DNA of 26,300 bases from a virus (taxonomy: Duplodnaviria > Caudoviricetes): positions 1 through 26,300 of IMG/VR virus record IMGVR_UViG_3300011444_000185. The stretch is one strand, 5' to 3'. This document shows positions 6,846-15,627 of this stretch, one piece after another. A program made the position numbers and the translations under genes. The notes beneath the pieces are model-generated. The model was not told where the DNA came from, ran no database searches, and saw only the letters and a program-made list of their open reading frames with translations. Every line of letters starts with the position of its first letter. Positions within the stretch are counted from its first letter, which is position 1.

Positions 6846-8795
6846 GTGCTTTCCCCTGCAGTCGCTCAAGCCTGGATTCCGCCGGATCATGTCAGCGCCG
6901 TCGACTGGGTCCCGGCCAACATCATCATCCCCGAAGAGACCGAGACCCCGGGGGCGTTCGATCTCGATCTCTTTCCCCACGTCCGCGGCGCGCTCGAGCT
7001 CGCCGACGATCCCATGATTCGCCAGATCCTCTTCCGCTGGTCGGCCCGCAATGCCAAGACGACGACGTGCCTGGCACTGCTCGCCTTCTGGGCCTGCAAC
7101 GCGCCGCGGCCGATGATGCTCGGTTCGTCGAACGAAGAGAAGGCCGACGACACGATCGACAGCCAGCTCTACCCGATCCTCGAGGCCTGCGCCGCGACGC
7201 GGGGCCAGCTCAAGCCCCCGCACCAGCGCAACGGCCGGTTCGTGGCGCTCAAGCGCTGCCGGATCCGCAAATCGTTCTCGGGATCGCCCAGCAGCATGGC
7301 CGGCTTCCCCGCCTGCTACGCCCATGCCGGCGAAGTGAGCAAGTGGACGAAAAAGAAATCGTCCGAGGCCGATCCGATCCGCCTGTTCCTCAAGCGGGCG
7401 ATGCTGTACCCGTACGAATCCAAATACCTGTTCGAGTCGACGCCCGGCACGAAGGGGCACTGTTCGATCACGAAGCTGGTCGACGACCCGAACACTCAGC
7501 GGCGGTACCGGTTCGTGCCGTGCCCGCACTGCGGAGAGTACCAGCGCCTCAAATGGGGCGACCGGGATCCCGGCAGCGGCGGCGTCCGGTGGGACAAGCC
7601 GACCGGCGGCCATTCGGAACGGGGCCTGGCAATCGCCACGGCCCGCTACGAGTGCGCGAACTGCAAAAAGCCGATCGAAGACCGGCACCGGCCGGCGATG
7701 ATGCGGGCGGGCGTGTGGGTCCCCGAGGGGCAGTCGATCGACAAGAAGGGGAAGCTGCACGGCAAACCGAAGGTCGAAAGCCCCAACGTGGCCCTGGACG
7801 ATCTCTCCGCGCTCTATTCGCTGGCGATCGGCGGCTGGGGGCAGCTCGTGGGTGAGTTCCTCGACTCCCGCGGCGATCGGGAGTCGAGGCGCGACTTCAT
7901 CAACAGCGTCCTGGCCCAGGTGTATGACCCCGCGCCGGTCAAAGTCCGCGCGCACGACCTCACCGAACGCCTCGGAAGCGACGAACCGCCGCGGCTCTGC
8001 CCGCTGTGGGTCGTGTTCCTGACGATGGCGGTCGACGTGCAGCAGGGAGGGACGTTTTTCAAGTGGCAAGTCGACGGCTGGGGCCAGCACGCCCGCGGCC
8101 ACCTGGTCGATCATGGCGTGGCCCTGGGCGAACCGGCACTGGAAGCCCTGATCAAGTCGATGCAGTACCCGCACGCCGACGGCGGCAAGCCCCTGCGCCC
8201 CGCGCGGGCCTTCCTCGACGCGCGCGACGGCCATGTCACCGAGCTGATTTACGCGTTCTGCCGGCGCGTGCCGGGGTGTTTCCCCTGCATGGGCTCGAGC
8301 CGCTCCGCGTTTCGCGAAATGTGCCGGCCGCAGCCGATCGGCAATGTGCCGGCGTTCGACAAGATCGCCAAGAGCGGCGTCGTGCCGACGCACTTCGCGG
8401 CGGTGCCGATCATGTACGAAATCAACACGCACCGGACGCAGATCTACGTGCAAAACCACCTCGACGGGCTGATCAAGCCCGAAGACCCGTCCCGGTTCAC
8501 GCTCAATTCCGAGGCCGCGGTCGACGAGGAGCTGCTCGGCGAACTGACCAACGAATTCCCGCACGACGAAACCAACGTCGACGGCTACGAAGTCTCCGTG
8601 TGGACGAAACTCGGGCCCAACGACCAGCGCGACGACTGGCGGTACAACCGCGCGCTGGCCGATCTGCTCGCCCAGAACGGCCGCGGCTGGGACAAACTCG
8701 TCCGCCTGCCCCCGAACGCTCCCGCTCCTGCTCCCCCGCGCCGCGCCGGCCTGACGACGCCCGACGGCCGTCCGTTCCTCATCACAGAAAGGTAG
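6846..8795 (+). CDS. terminase large subunit, lambda GpA family
   Basis: PG-x-F-x-x-x-x-x-PH, Walker A-like SARNAKTT, ESTP, VPCPHCG, YECANC, nuclease motif MAVDVQ, FLDARDG, C-terminal NDQRDDWRY. Confidence 0.95.
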   Translation: MLSPAVAQAWIPPDHVSAVDWVPANIIIPEETETPGAFDLDLFPHVRGALELADDPMIRQILFRWSARNAKTTTCLALLAFWACNAPRPMMLGSSNEEKADDTIDSQLYPILEACAATRGQLKPPHQRNGRFVALKRCRIRKSFSGSPSSMAGFPACYAHAGEVSKWTKKKSSEADPIRLFLKRAMLYPYESKYLFESTPGTKGHCSITKLVDDPNTQRRYRFVPCPHCGEYQRLKWGDRDPGSGGVRWDKPTGGHSERGLAIATARYECANCKKPIEDRHRPAMMRAGVWVPEGQSIDKKGKLHGKPKVESPNVALDDLSALYSLAIGGWGQLVGEFLDSRGDRESRRDFINSVLAQVYDPAPVKVRAHDLTERLGSDEPPRLCPLWVVFLTMAVDVQQGGTFFKWQVDGWGQHARGHLVDHGVALGEPALEALIKSMQYPHADGGKPLRPARAFLDARDGHVTELIYAFCRRVPGCFPCMGSSRSAFREMCRPQPIGNVPAFDKIAKSGVVPTHFAAVPIMYEINTHRTQIYVQNHLDGLIKPEDPSRFTLNSEAAVDEELLGELTNEFPHDETNVDGYEVSVWTKLGPNDQRDDWRYNRALADLLAQNGRGWDKLVRLPPNAPAPAPPRRAGLTTPDGRPFLITER

Positions 8796-8804
8796 TTCAC
8801 AACC

Positions 8805-9266
8805 ATGGGTAAGCCCCGCAAACCGAAGCCGATCGACGAGTCCGCAGTTCCCGGGATCGATTCTCCGCTCGACGTTTCGTCGCCCCTGGCCACCGATGCG
8901 CCGGCCGAAGCCGGTCCGTCGTTCGTCGCCATCAGCCTGCGGGCCCCGATGCTCGACGGCGACCCGGCCGGTTATTGCCCGCAGCACGTCGATTGCCAGT
9001 TCCGGGGCGGCCTGGCGATCACACTCAGGCGGCTGTATGACGGCCTGGACGCCGTCGGCGCCCGTCTGGCGGACGGGAAACGGATCGCCGGTGGCGTCGA
9101 CGCGATCCGCTGGCTGCTCGAACAGCTCGAAGATACCAGCGAAGGAACGCCGATCGCGTTTCCCGAGCCGGCCCAGGTCTCCGCCGGCGAACCCGCACCC
9201 GCGGCGACCGAAACCGCCGCAAACCCGCCGGCCGAAGGTGCGAACGCCCCCCAGCCGGACGCATAA
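8805..9266 (+). CDS. hypothetical protein downstream of terminase
   Basis: AAAGG RBS, GC3-rich codons, ordered core LRRLYDGL...DAIRWLLEQL flanked by low-complexity ends. Confidence 0.75.
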   Translation: MGKPRKPKPIDESAVPGIDSPLDVSSPLATDAPAEAGPSFVAISLRAPMLDGDPAGYCPQHVDCQFRGGLAITLRRLYDGLDAVGARLADGKRIAGGVDAIRWLLEQLEDTSEGTPIAFPEPAQVSAGEPAPAATETAANPPAEGANAPQPDA

Positions 9267-9276
9267 ACAACCGCCG

Positions 9277-9320
9277 TCCGCTCTGTCCGGAACTTCCGGC
9301 TCCGGACAGAGCGGATTTTT
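9277..9320 (+). terminator. intrinsic terminator / strong inverted repeat
   Basis: Perfect 15-bp stem TCCGCTCTGTCCGGA (9277-9291) / TCCGGACAGAGCGGA (9301-9315) followed by TTTTT. Confidence 0.75.
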
Positions 9321-9387
9321 CTTGGAATTCGGCCACGCCGGCCGAAGAATGAAAACTGCCCCTCTCGCACCTCCCGCCCGCGGCTCC

Positions 9388-9687
9388 ATGTCGTCACTCA
9401 CTTCCGCCAGCACGCTGGCCCAGATCAAAGCGGCCTACGCCGACAACGCTTCCTACCAGGAAGACGCCGACGTGGCGAAGGCCCGCGCCTTTGTCACCGC
9501 CTGCCGGCTGCTGCTGCTCAAAACGCCATCCAAAGTCATGCACGGGAAGGCCGGCGGGATCGAGTTCAGCGTGGCGAGCATTCAGCAGCAGCTCGACGCG
9601 GCCAACCGCTGGCTGGCCTGTTCGCTCGCGGCTGCTGACGGGGGCGGGATTACGTTTCCCTCGTTCGACGGTTTCCGAGGCATGTGA
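9388..9687 (+). CDS. head completion / head-tail joining protein (gpW position)
   Basis: ATG at 9388; 99 aa; lies between terminase and portal as lambda W does; TGATG coupling to the portal gene. Confidence 0.7.
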   Translation: MSSLTSASTLAQIKAAYADNASYQEDADVAKARAFVTACRLLLLKTPSKVMHGKAGGIEFSVASIQQQLDAANRWLACSLAAADGGGITFPSFDGFRGM

Positions 9688-11312
9688 TGCCACGCCCGAC
9701 CGGCAAAAATCCGACGACCGCCGAGGCCTTCCAGGGGCTCCGCGCCGATTACCAGGCGACGAAGAGCTCCCAGTACCGGCGCCGACGGTCGGGGCTGATC
9801 GCCACCGGGGCGAATGCCGACTGGCACTACCGCGTCGAAGCGGACTACCTGCGGTTGATGGAAGCCTGCCGCGACATGGACCGCAACGACGTCCTGATCG
9901 GCCAGGCGGTCGACCGGGCCGTCACGAACACGATTCAAGACGGCATGCTGCCCGATCCGTCGACGACCGATCGGGGGGTCAATCGCGAGATCTCAGCCCG
10001 CTGGGAAAACTGGTCGGAAGACCCCGAGCAGTGCGACATCCAGGGGGAGCTGACGTTCCACGACCTCGAAAACCTCATCTATCGCGAAACGCTGGTCGAC
10101 GGCGACATCATTTCGCTCCCGCGCCGCGAGGGCTGCCTGCAGACGTTCGAAGCGCACCGCCTGCGGACCCCGACGAACACGAAAAAGAACGTCGTGCACG
10201 GCGTGCTGCTCGACGATAACCGCAAGCGGCTCGAGTACTGGTTCACCAAAGACGACATCCCGCCCTATCAGGCGCTCAACAATGTCGGCGAGACGGTCTC
10301 GGTCCCGGTCCGGGACAAAGACGGGTACCGCCAGGTGTTTCACGTCCGCAACCCCAAGCGCGTGACGCAGACGCGCGGAATCGGCGCTCTGGTGCCGACG
10401 TTCGACTGCGCCGGGATGTTCGAAGACATCAATTTCGCAAAACTCGTCCAGCAGCAGGTGGTGAGCTGCTTCGCCGTGTTCCGCAAGCGGGACGCCAGCT
10501 TTTCCATGCCCGACGGCACTCAGCCGACAGGCGAAAAGACGGTCCAAAACCTGCCCGATGGCTCGACGCGCACGCTCCGCGGGATCGCGCCGGGGATGGA
10601 AATCGAAGGGATGCCCGGCGAAACGCTGGAAGGTTTCTCGCCGAACGTCCCCAACGCCGAATTCTTCGATCACTGCCGGCTGATCCTGACCCTGATCGGG
10701 ATCAACCTGGGTCTGCCCCTGGTGCTGATGCTGCTCGACGCCAGCGAAACGAACTTCAGCGGGTTCCGCGGGGCGGTCGACCAGGCCCGGCTCGGCTTCC
10801 GCCGCAATCAGCGCTGGCTGATCAACGGGTTTCACCGGCCGTGCTATCAATGGAAGGTCCGGCAGTGGCTGGCCGACGATGCGGCCCTGCGGTCCGCCGC
10901 CGGCAAGCTCGGCGACAAAATCTTCGCCCACACCTGGCGGCGGCCGAGCTGGCCGTACATCGAACCGCTCAAAGACGCGTCGACCGATCTCCTGCGCGTC
11001 CGCAACGCGCTCATTTCGCCCCGCCGGCTGCACGCCGAACGGGGGCGGGAATGGTCGCACGTCTGCCGCGAGATCGTCGAAGACAACGCGATGGCCATCA
11101 TCCGCGCCAAACGGATGGCCGCGAAGATCAACCTGAAATACACCGACGACCAGCCTGTGCACTGGCGCGAGGTCCTGTCGCTGCCGACCCCCGACGGCGT
11201 GCAGGTGTCGCTCGCTCCCGAATCGGCCAATGGCGCTGGCAGTGAAGACGTGGCGCCGAAGAAGAAAGACAAACCCAAGCCACCGGCCAGGAACCCGAAA
11301 AATGCCCTTTGA
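9687..11312 (+). CDS. portal protein, lambda family
   Basis: RDMDRND, DGD, HGVLLD, QTRG, PGETL, NFSGFR, W-x-x-P-x-WPYIEPLKD, ERGREW: typical lambda-portal motifs. Confidence 0.95.
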   Translation: MPRPTGKNPTTAEAFQGLRADYQATKSSQYRRRRSGLIATGANADWHYRVEADYLRLMEACRDMDRNDVLIGQAVDRAVTNTIQDGMLPDPSTTDRGVNREISARWENWSEDPEQCDIQGELTFHDLENLIYRETLVDGDIISLPRREGCLQTFEAHRLRTPTNTKKNVVHGVLLDDNRKRLEYWFTKDDIPPYQALNNVGETVSVPVRDKDGYRQVFHVRNPKRVTQTRGIGALVPTFDCAGMFEDINFAKLVQQQVVSCFAVFRKRDASFSMPDGTQPTGEKTVQNLPDGSTRTLRGIAPGMEIEGMPGETLEGFSPNVPNAEFFDHCRLILTLIGINLGLPLVLMLLDASETNFSGFRGAVDQARLGFRRNQRWLINGFHRPCYQWKVRQWLADDAALRSAAGKLGDKIFAHTWRRPSWPYIEPLKDASTDLLRVRNALISPRRLHAERGREWSHVCREIVEDNAMAIIRAKRMAAKINLKYTDDQPVHWREVLSLPTPDGVQVSLAPESANGAGSEDVAPKKKDKPKPPARNPKNAL

Positions 11313-12750
11313 TCCGCGCGCCGCACTGCAAGGGCTGAACGTCCCCCACCTCGATCAGTATTTCGGGGTCTGGGCGATTCAGGAAGAGACGCTCCGCGCG
11401 GCGCTGGTGCGCATTGAGCGGATGAACCTGCGGGCCCACGTGCTGGTCCGCCAGGGGAAGGCGAAAGGGCGCAAAGCGGCCGAGGATCCGGCGGCCGACA
11501 AAGACGATCAGATGCCCGAGGCGTCCGGCCGCGGCAGCGATTACGAAATGACCGCCGACGGCGTCGCCGTGATCGAAGTCTCCGGCCCGATGATGAAATA
11601 CGCCTCCAGCCTCTCTGGGGGGACCTCGACGGTTTACACCCGCCGGCAGATCCGCCTGGCAGTCGCCGATGAACGCGTGCTGGCGATCGCTCTCGTGTTC
11701 GACACGCCCGGCGGCACGGTCGCCGGCACGCGGGACCTGGCCGACGACATCGCCGCGGCGACGAAGAAGAAACCGACGCTCGGTTACGCCGAGGACCTGT
11801 GCTGCTCGGCCGGCTACTGGGCGATCGCCCAGTGCAGCAAGGTGGTCTGCAACCCGACCGGGATCATCGGTTCGATCGGCGTCTACTCCGTGCTGTACGA
11901 CAGCTCGAAGATGGCGAAGAAGGACGGGATCGCCGTCCACGTCGTCAAAGCGGGTGAGTTCAAAGGGACCGGCGTCGACGGGACCCCGGTCACTCCCGAG
12001 CAGCTCGCCGAAATGCAGCGGCTGGTCGATTCGCTCAACGGTCATTTCCTCGAAGCGGTGGCCACCGGCCGGAAGATGCCCCTTTCCAAAGTCAAATCGC
12101 TCGCCGACGGCCGCGTCCACGTCGGCACCGAGGCCAAGGCCCTCGGCCTGGTCGACGCCGTGCAGTCGTTCGACGAGGCCCTGGCCGATCTGTCGAAATC
12201 CATTCAGCCGGGCGGTTCCCGCGCGGCGTCCGAAGTCACTTCCAACCCCGTTTCTGAAGAAGGAGCCCCCATCATGGCCGGCGAATCGACCACCACCACA
12301 GCCCCCGCAGCCCCGGCGGCTGCAGCTCTCGTCGCCGCGGTCGTCCTCGGCGCGTCGTTCGAGCAGCTCCGCAGCGCCTTCCCGAAGGCCTCGAATGACT
12401 TCATTTGCGACCAGCTCGCGAAGAAGGCGACCGTCGAACAGGCGCAGGGGGCGTACATCGCCAGCCTGGAAGCCTCGAACGACCAGCTCAAGGCCGGCGC
12501 CGGCAAGCCGGGAGTGACCGGTGTCACCGATCGCCCGGCGGCAACCGCCACGCGCGAGGAAGCGACCGCCGAGCCGATCAAGGCCTGGGAAGATGCGATC
12601 GAAGCGCGGCTCAAGGGCTGTGGCGGCGACAAAGCGAAAGCCATTCGCCAGCTCGCCAAGGAAAAGCCCGAACTGCATGCCAGCTACCTGGAGGCCTACA
12701 ACGCGGCGCACGCCTCGGCCCGCAAGAAGCCGGGCAAGCTCGCCGGCTGA
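11302..12750 (+). CDS. S49-family (SppA-like) head maturation protease with C-terminal scaffold
   Basis: DTPGG, CSAGYW (catalytic Ser), GSIGV, GEFKG (Lys), F-x-x-x-VA-x-GR, GLVDAV. ATG at 11302 overlaps the portal end. Confidence 0.93.
   Translation: MPFDPRAALQGLNVPHLDQYFGVWAIQEETLRAALVRIERMNLRAHVLVRQGKAKGRKAAEDPAADKDDQMPEASGRGSDYEMTADGVAVIEVSGPMMKYASSLSGGTSTVYTRRQIRLAVADERVLAIALVFDTPGGTVAGTRDLADDIAAATKKKPTLGYAEDLCCSAGYWAIAQCSKVVCNPTGIIGSIGVYSVLYDSSKMAKKDGIAVHVVKAGEFKGTGVDGTPVTPEQLAEMQRLVDSLNGHFLEAVATGRKMPLSKVKSLADGRVHVGTEAKALGLVDAVQSFDEALADLSKSIQPGGSRAASEVTSNPVSEEGAPIMAGESTTTTAPAAPAAAALVAAVVLGASFEQLRSAFPKASNDFICDQLAKKATVEQAQGAYIASLEASNDQLKAGAGKPGVTGVTDRPAATATREEATAEPIKAWEDAIEARLKGCGGDKAKAIRQLAKEKPELHASYLEAYNAAHASARKKPGKLAG
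12274..12750 (+). CDS. nested in-frame scaffolding protein (lambda Nu3-like), 158 aa
   Basis: AAGGAG at 12260-12265, 8 nt before an in-frame ATG located just after the protease domain; Ala-rich helical product. Confidence 0.65.
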   Translation: MAGESTTTTAPAAPAAAALVAAVVLGASFEQLRSAFPKASNDFICDQLAKKATVEQAQGAYIASLEASNDQLKAGAGKPGVTGVTDRPAATATREEATAEPIKAWEDAIEARLKGCGGDKAKAIRQLAKEKPELHASYLEAYNAAHASARKKPGKLAG

Positions 12751-12821
12751 GCTGCTGTCGACCTTTTGTGGCCACGTTCCCGTTCCCGATTCAAATTCCT
12801 TTCACCGTCTGAGGAGTCACC

Positions 12822-13457
12822 ATGTCGAGTTCGTCATTCGTCGAAACCCCGACGCGGCAGTTCAAGGCCGGCGCCGCGATCGCCAAGAACCTGCGCGTCA
12901 AACTTTCCAGCGGCAAGCTGGCGGCTGCCGGCGTGGCCGACCCCAGCATCGGGACGCTCGAAGAAGCGTCGTTCGCCGATCTCGACATCCGGGCCGTGCG
13001 CCTCAAGACGGCGGTCGGCACTGTCCTGATGGTCGCCAGCGGGGCGATCTCGCTGGGCGCAAACGTTTACGGCGCAGCCAGCGGCAAGGTGAGCTCGACG
13101 TTCGGTCCGCAGCACGAGGGGATCGCCCTGCAGGCGGCCACCGCCGACGGCGACATCATCGAAGTCTTGCGTTTGACCGGCGGGACGAAGGTCGTGTATG
13201 GCCAGCAGACGACCGTCGCCGCGTCCGACACCGTCGTGACGGGGCTCAACACGGTCCTCTCGGTCGTCGCCAGCATGGAGTCGGACCCCGGCGACGATCC
13301 GTTCATGTGCAGCGCCCAGATCGGCGACCAGGCCGGGAGCCCCGCGGCCGGCTCGATCCTGATCAAGACCTGGAAGAACACGAGCGGCACCGACCCCACC
13401 CCCCTCGCCGCCGGCACGTTCACGAAGAAAATCAACTGGATCGCCGTCGGGACGTAA
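12822..13457 (+). CDS. capsid cement/decoration protein (DUF2190-like) with C-terminal extra domain
   Basis: GAGGAG RBS; GAISLGANVY...G...GIALQAATADGDIIEV is the DUF2190-like signature; about 90 additional residues end in INWIAVGT. Confidence 0.8.
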   Translation: MSSSSFVETPTRQFKAGAAIAKNLRVKLSSGKLAAAGVADPSIGTLEEASFADLDIRAVRLKTAVGTVLMVASGAISLGANVYGAASGKVSSTFGPQHEGIALQAATADGDIIEVLRLTGGTKVVYGQQTTVAASDTVVTGLNTVLSVVASMESDPGDDPFMCSAQIGDQAGSPAAGSILIKTWKNTSGTDPTPLAAGTFTKKINWIAVGT

Positions 13458-13527
13458 GGCCCGCGCCTTAACCCGGCACTTGATCGCGTTCAAACGTCCA
13501 TCCGTCATGAAAATTTCCCAACCGAAA

Positions 13528-13586
13528 AAGTGCGGCTAGGCTTTGGCCGGCCGAATGGCGAGCCCCACAACTCGTCTGCCGCATTT
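13528..13586 (+). ncRNA. candidate structured cis-RNA (three-way junction) in the capsid gene leader
   Basis: Outer stem AAGTGCGGC/GCCGCATTT; inner GGC...GCC flanked by TA and GAAT; inner hairpin GGCGAG-CCCCACAA-CTCGTC. Confidence 0.4.
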
Positions 13587-13628
13587 CCTACTTTGTGCCT
13601 CCGTGGAGGGATCAGATGACGAGCACCC

Positions 13629-14606
13629 ATGCCCGCCCCCTCAAGTTCGCTTTCGACGCTGCGGCCTGACCTGCAGCAGAGTTTCACCGAGTTCGACCTG
13701 GCGATGAACATGCAGGGCTTCATCGGCCAGAAGATCTGCCCCGTCCTCGACGTGGGACGGGCTTCCGGCAACTTCGGCCGGATCCCGATCGAGCAGTTGC
13801 TCCAGAACCCCGACGTCACCCGCGCCCCCGGCTCGGGTTATGCGCGGGGCAAGTTCACGTTCAAGCCCGATACGTACGTCACGACCGAATTCGGCTTCGA
13901 AGAGCCGGTCGACGACGTCGAATCGGAAATGTACGCGGACTACTTCGACGCCGAACAGGTCTCGGCGCTCCGCTCGCACCATGCCGTGCTGCTGGGCTAT
14001 GAACGGCGGGTCGTCGCCCTGATGACCGACACGGCCGTCTGGACCGGCGCCAGTCTGACGCTGGGCGTGTCGGTTCCCTGGGACACGATCGCCACGGCGG
14101 CCCCTCTGACCGATATCGAAACGGCCGTGCAGGCGGTGTATGCCAACTCCGGGCTCTGGCCCAACGCGATCAGCCTGTCGCGCATCGACTTCCGCAATCT
14201 GCGGAATTGCGCCCAGGTGATCGACCGAGTGAAATACTCGGGGTTCATGGACACCCGGGCCGGCAACATCACCGCCCAGGCGATCGCCCAGTGCCTCGAC
14301 CTGGAAGAAGTGATCGTCGCCGGCAGCAGCTACAACAGTGCGAACGACGGCCAGGCGGCCTCGCTCGGCTCGGTGTGGCCCAAGGGGACGGCGATGGTCG
14401 CGCACATCGACCGGTCGAACGATGTTCGCCGGCCGACCGTGGCCCGCACGTTCCACTGGTCGCAGGACGGCTCGACGATCAACGGGACCGTCGAAACCTA
14501 CCGCGACGAAACCCGTCGCAGCGACATCGTCCGCACCCGTCATCAGACGGGCGAGAAGGTGATGTACAAGCAGGCCGGTTTCACATTGACCGGACTGCAC
14601 ACGTAA
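13629..14606 (+). CDS. major capsid protein (HK97 fold, lambda gpE-like)
   Basis: 325 aa; position after protease and decoration genes; FIGQKICP-x-h-x-V, RAPG, W-x-x-x-x-x-A-x-P-h-x-DI, G-x-x-PN, C-terminal ETYRDE-x-x-RSDIVR. Confidence 0.92.
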   Translation: MPAPSSSLSTLRPDLQQSFTEFDLAMNMQGFIGQKICPVLDVGRASGNFGRIPIEQLLQNPDVTRAPGSGYARGKFTFKPDTYVTTEFGFEEPVDDVESEMYADYFDAEQVSALRSHHAVLLGYERRVVALMTDTAVWTGASLTLGVSVPWDTIATAAPLTDIETAVQAVYANSGLWPNAISLSRIDFRNLRNCAQVIDRVKYSGFMDTRAGNITAQAIAQCLDLEEVIVAGSSYNSANDGQAASLGSVWPKGTAMVAHIDRSNDVRRPTVARTFHWSQDGSTINGTVETYRDETRRSDIVRTRHQTGEKVMYKQAGFTLTGLHT

Positions 14607-14616
14607 CCCTGAGGCA

Positions 14617-14682
14617 GGGACCGGGGAACAAGAACCGGGGGCGGAGTCGCAACCTCCCGCGCTCGGTTCCCTCCCCGGTCCC
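14617..14682 (+). other. long stem-loop directly after the capsid gene (mRNA stabiliser/attenuator)
   Basis: GGGACCGGGGA (14617-14627) pairs with TCCCCGGTCCC (14672-14682), inner GAACCG/CGGTTC; only a weak U-tract. Confidence 0.6.
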
Positions 14683-14700
14683 ATTTGAAGCGGTCCCGCC

Positions 14701-15057
14701 ATGGTCTCACAGTACGCCGAGCTGTACGCCGACGCCGCCGTCCCTGCCATCGATGAGCAGCTCGGCGAAGCCATCACCTGGCTGCCGCTCGACGATGCGA
14801 CCATGGCCCGGACGATTCGCGCGGTGTGGTGCGAAACTGAAGCCGAAGACGACACCCACCGCGGCCGTGAGAACAAACGGACCGGATACCTGACCGTGCT
14901 CGACAACACCCTGCCGATCGATCAGCGCGACGCCTTCGTGATCGCCGGCGTCCGCTGGAAAACCCGCTCCGTGCAGAAAGGGAGCGATCCGACGATCGTC
15001 TGCAAACTCGAACGGCACGAACGCGACAAAACGAACCGGGGGGGCAAACTCCAATGA
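14701..15057 (+). CDS. head-tail adaptor / head closure protein (gpFII-like)
   Basis: 118 aa, GEAITW...RTIRAV...DAFVIAGVRWK beta-rich pattern; first gene after the capsid gene. Confidence 0.7.
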   Translation: MVSQYAELYADAAVPAIDEQLGEAITWLPLDDATMARTIRAVWCETEAEDDTHRGRENKRTGYLTVLDNTLPIDQRDAFVIAGVRWKTRSVQKGSDPTIVCKLERHERDKTNRGGKLQ

Positions 15058-15566
15058 GCGCCCCCTCACCGGACGGCAGCATCAGCCTGCCGATGTACTA
15101 CGCCATGCTGACGCTGGCCGCGTCGGCCACGTTTCAGGCGGCCGTCGGCGCCAGCGACGCGGCCGGAGCACTGACGCACATCTTTCCCGGCGAAATGGAC
15201 GATCACGCCGAGACCGACAAACGGCCGCGGGCCTTGATCGACGTCGACGGCGAACAGACGTCGACCCGCCAGGGAACCGGCCCCGAATGGACGGACAAAG
15301 GGGAGCTGGTGCTCGACATCGAGCTGCTCACCGATCCCACCTATGCCGGTGCGGACATCGACAACCTGCGGGCCGCCCGACTCTCGTTTTACAACACAAT
15401 CGGGAAGATCAAAGACGAGATGCAGGCGCGGTCGGGGACCCCCGGCTACCTCAACATCATTTCGATTACCCGCGGGCCGATCGGCCGCGGCGACGACAAG
15501 GAAAACGACGACGACCCCGGCGAAAGCTACTGGGGCTGCACGCTGACTTTGGACTGGTTCGGATGA
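15054..15566 (+). CDS. putative tail terminator / neck protein
   Basis: ATGA coupling; acidic 170 aa; RPRALI motif and terminal beta strand; called from position. Confidence 0.6.
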   Translation: MSAPSPDGSISLPMYYAMLTLAASATFQAAVGASDAAGALTHIFPGEMDDHAETDKRPRALIDVDGEQTSTRQGTGPEWTDKGELVLDIELLTDPTYAGADIDNLRAARLSFYNTIGKIKDEMQARSGTPGYLNIISITRGPIGRGDDKENDDDPGESYWGCTLTLDWFG

Positions 15567-15627
15567 CCGCCGCGGGCGGCTCGTCGGCGAGCAATGAACG
15601 AAGCTGAGCACCTGAAACACAATCGCC

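Noticed and set aside
6801-9428. 875-aa minus-strand ORF and similar long antisense ORFs (9993-11162, 11128-12711, 13641-14909)
   Set aside because: Shadows of strongly GC3-biased + strand genes; Arg/Gly/Ala-rich with no motifs.
15563-15607. 14-codon ATGA-coupled mini-ORF (MTAAGGSSASNERS)
   Set aside because: Too short and featureless to support.
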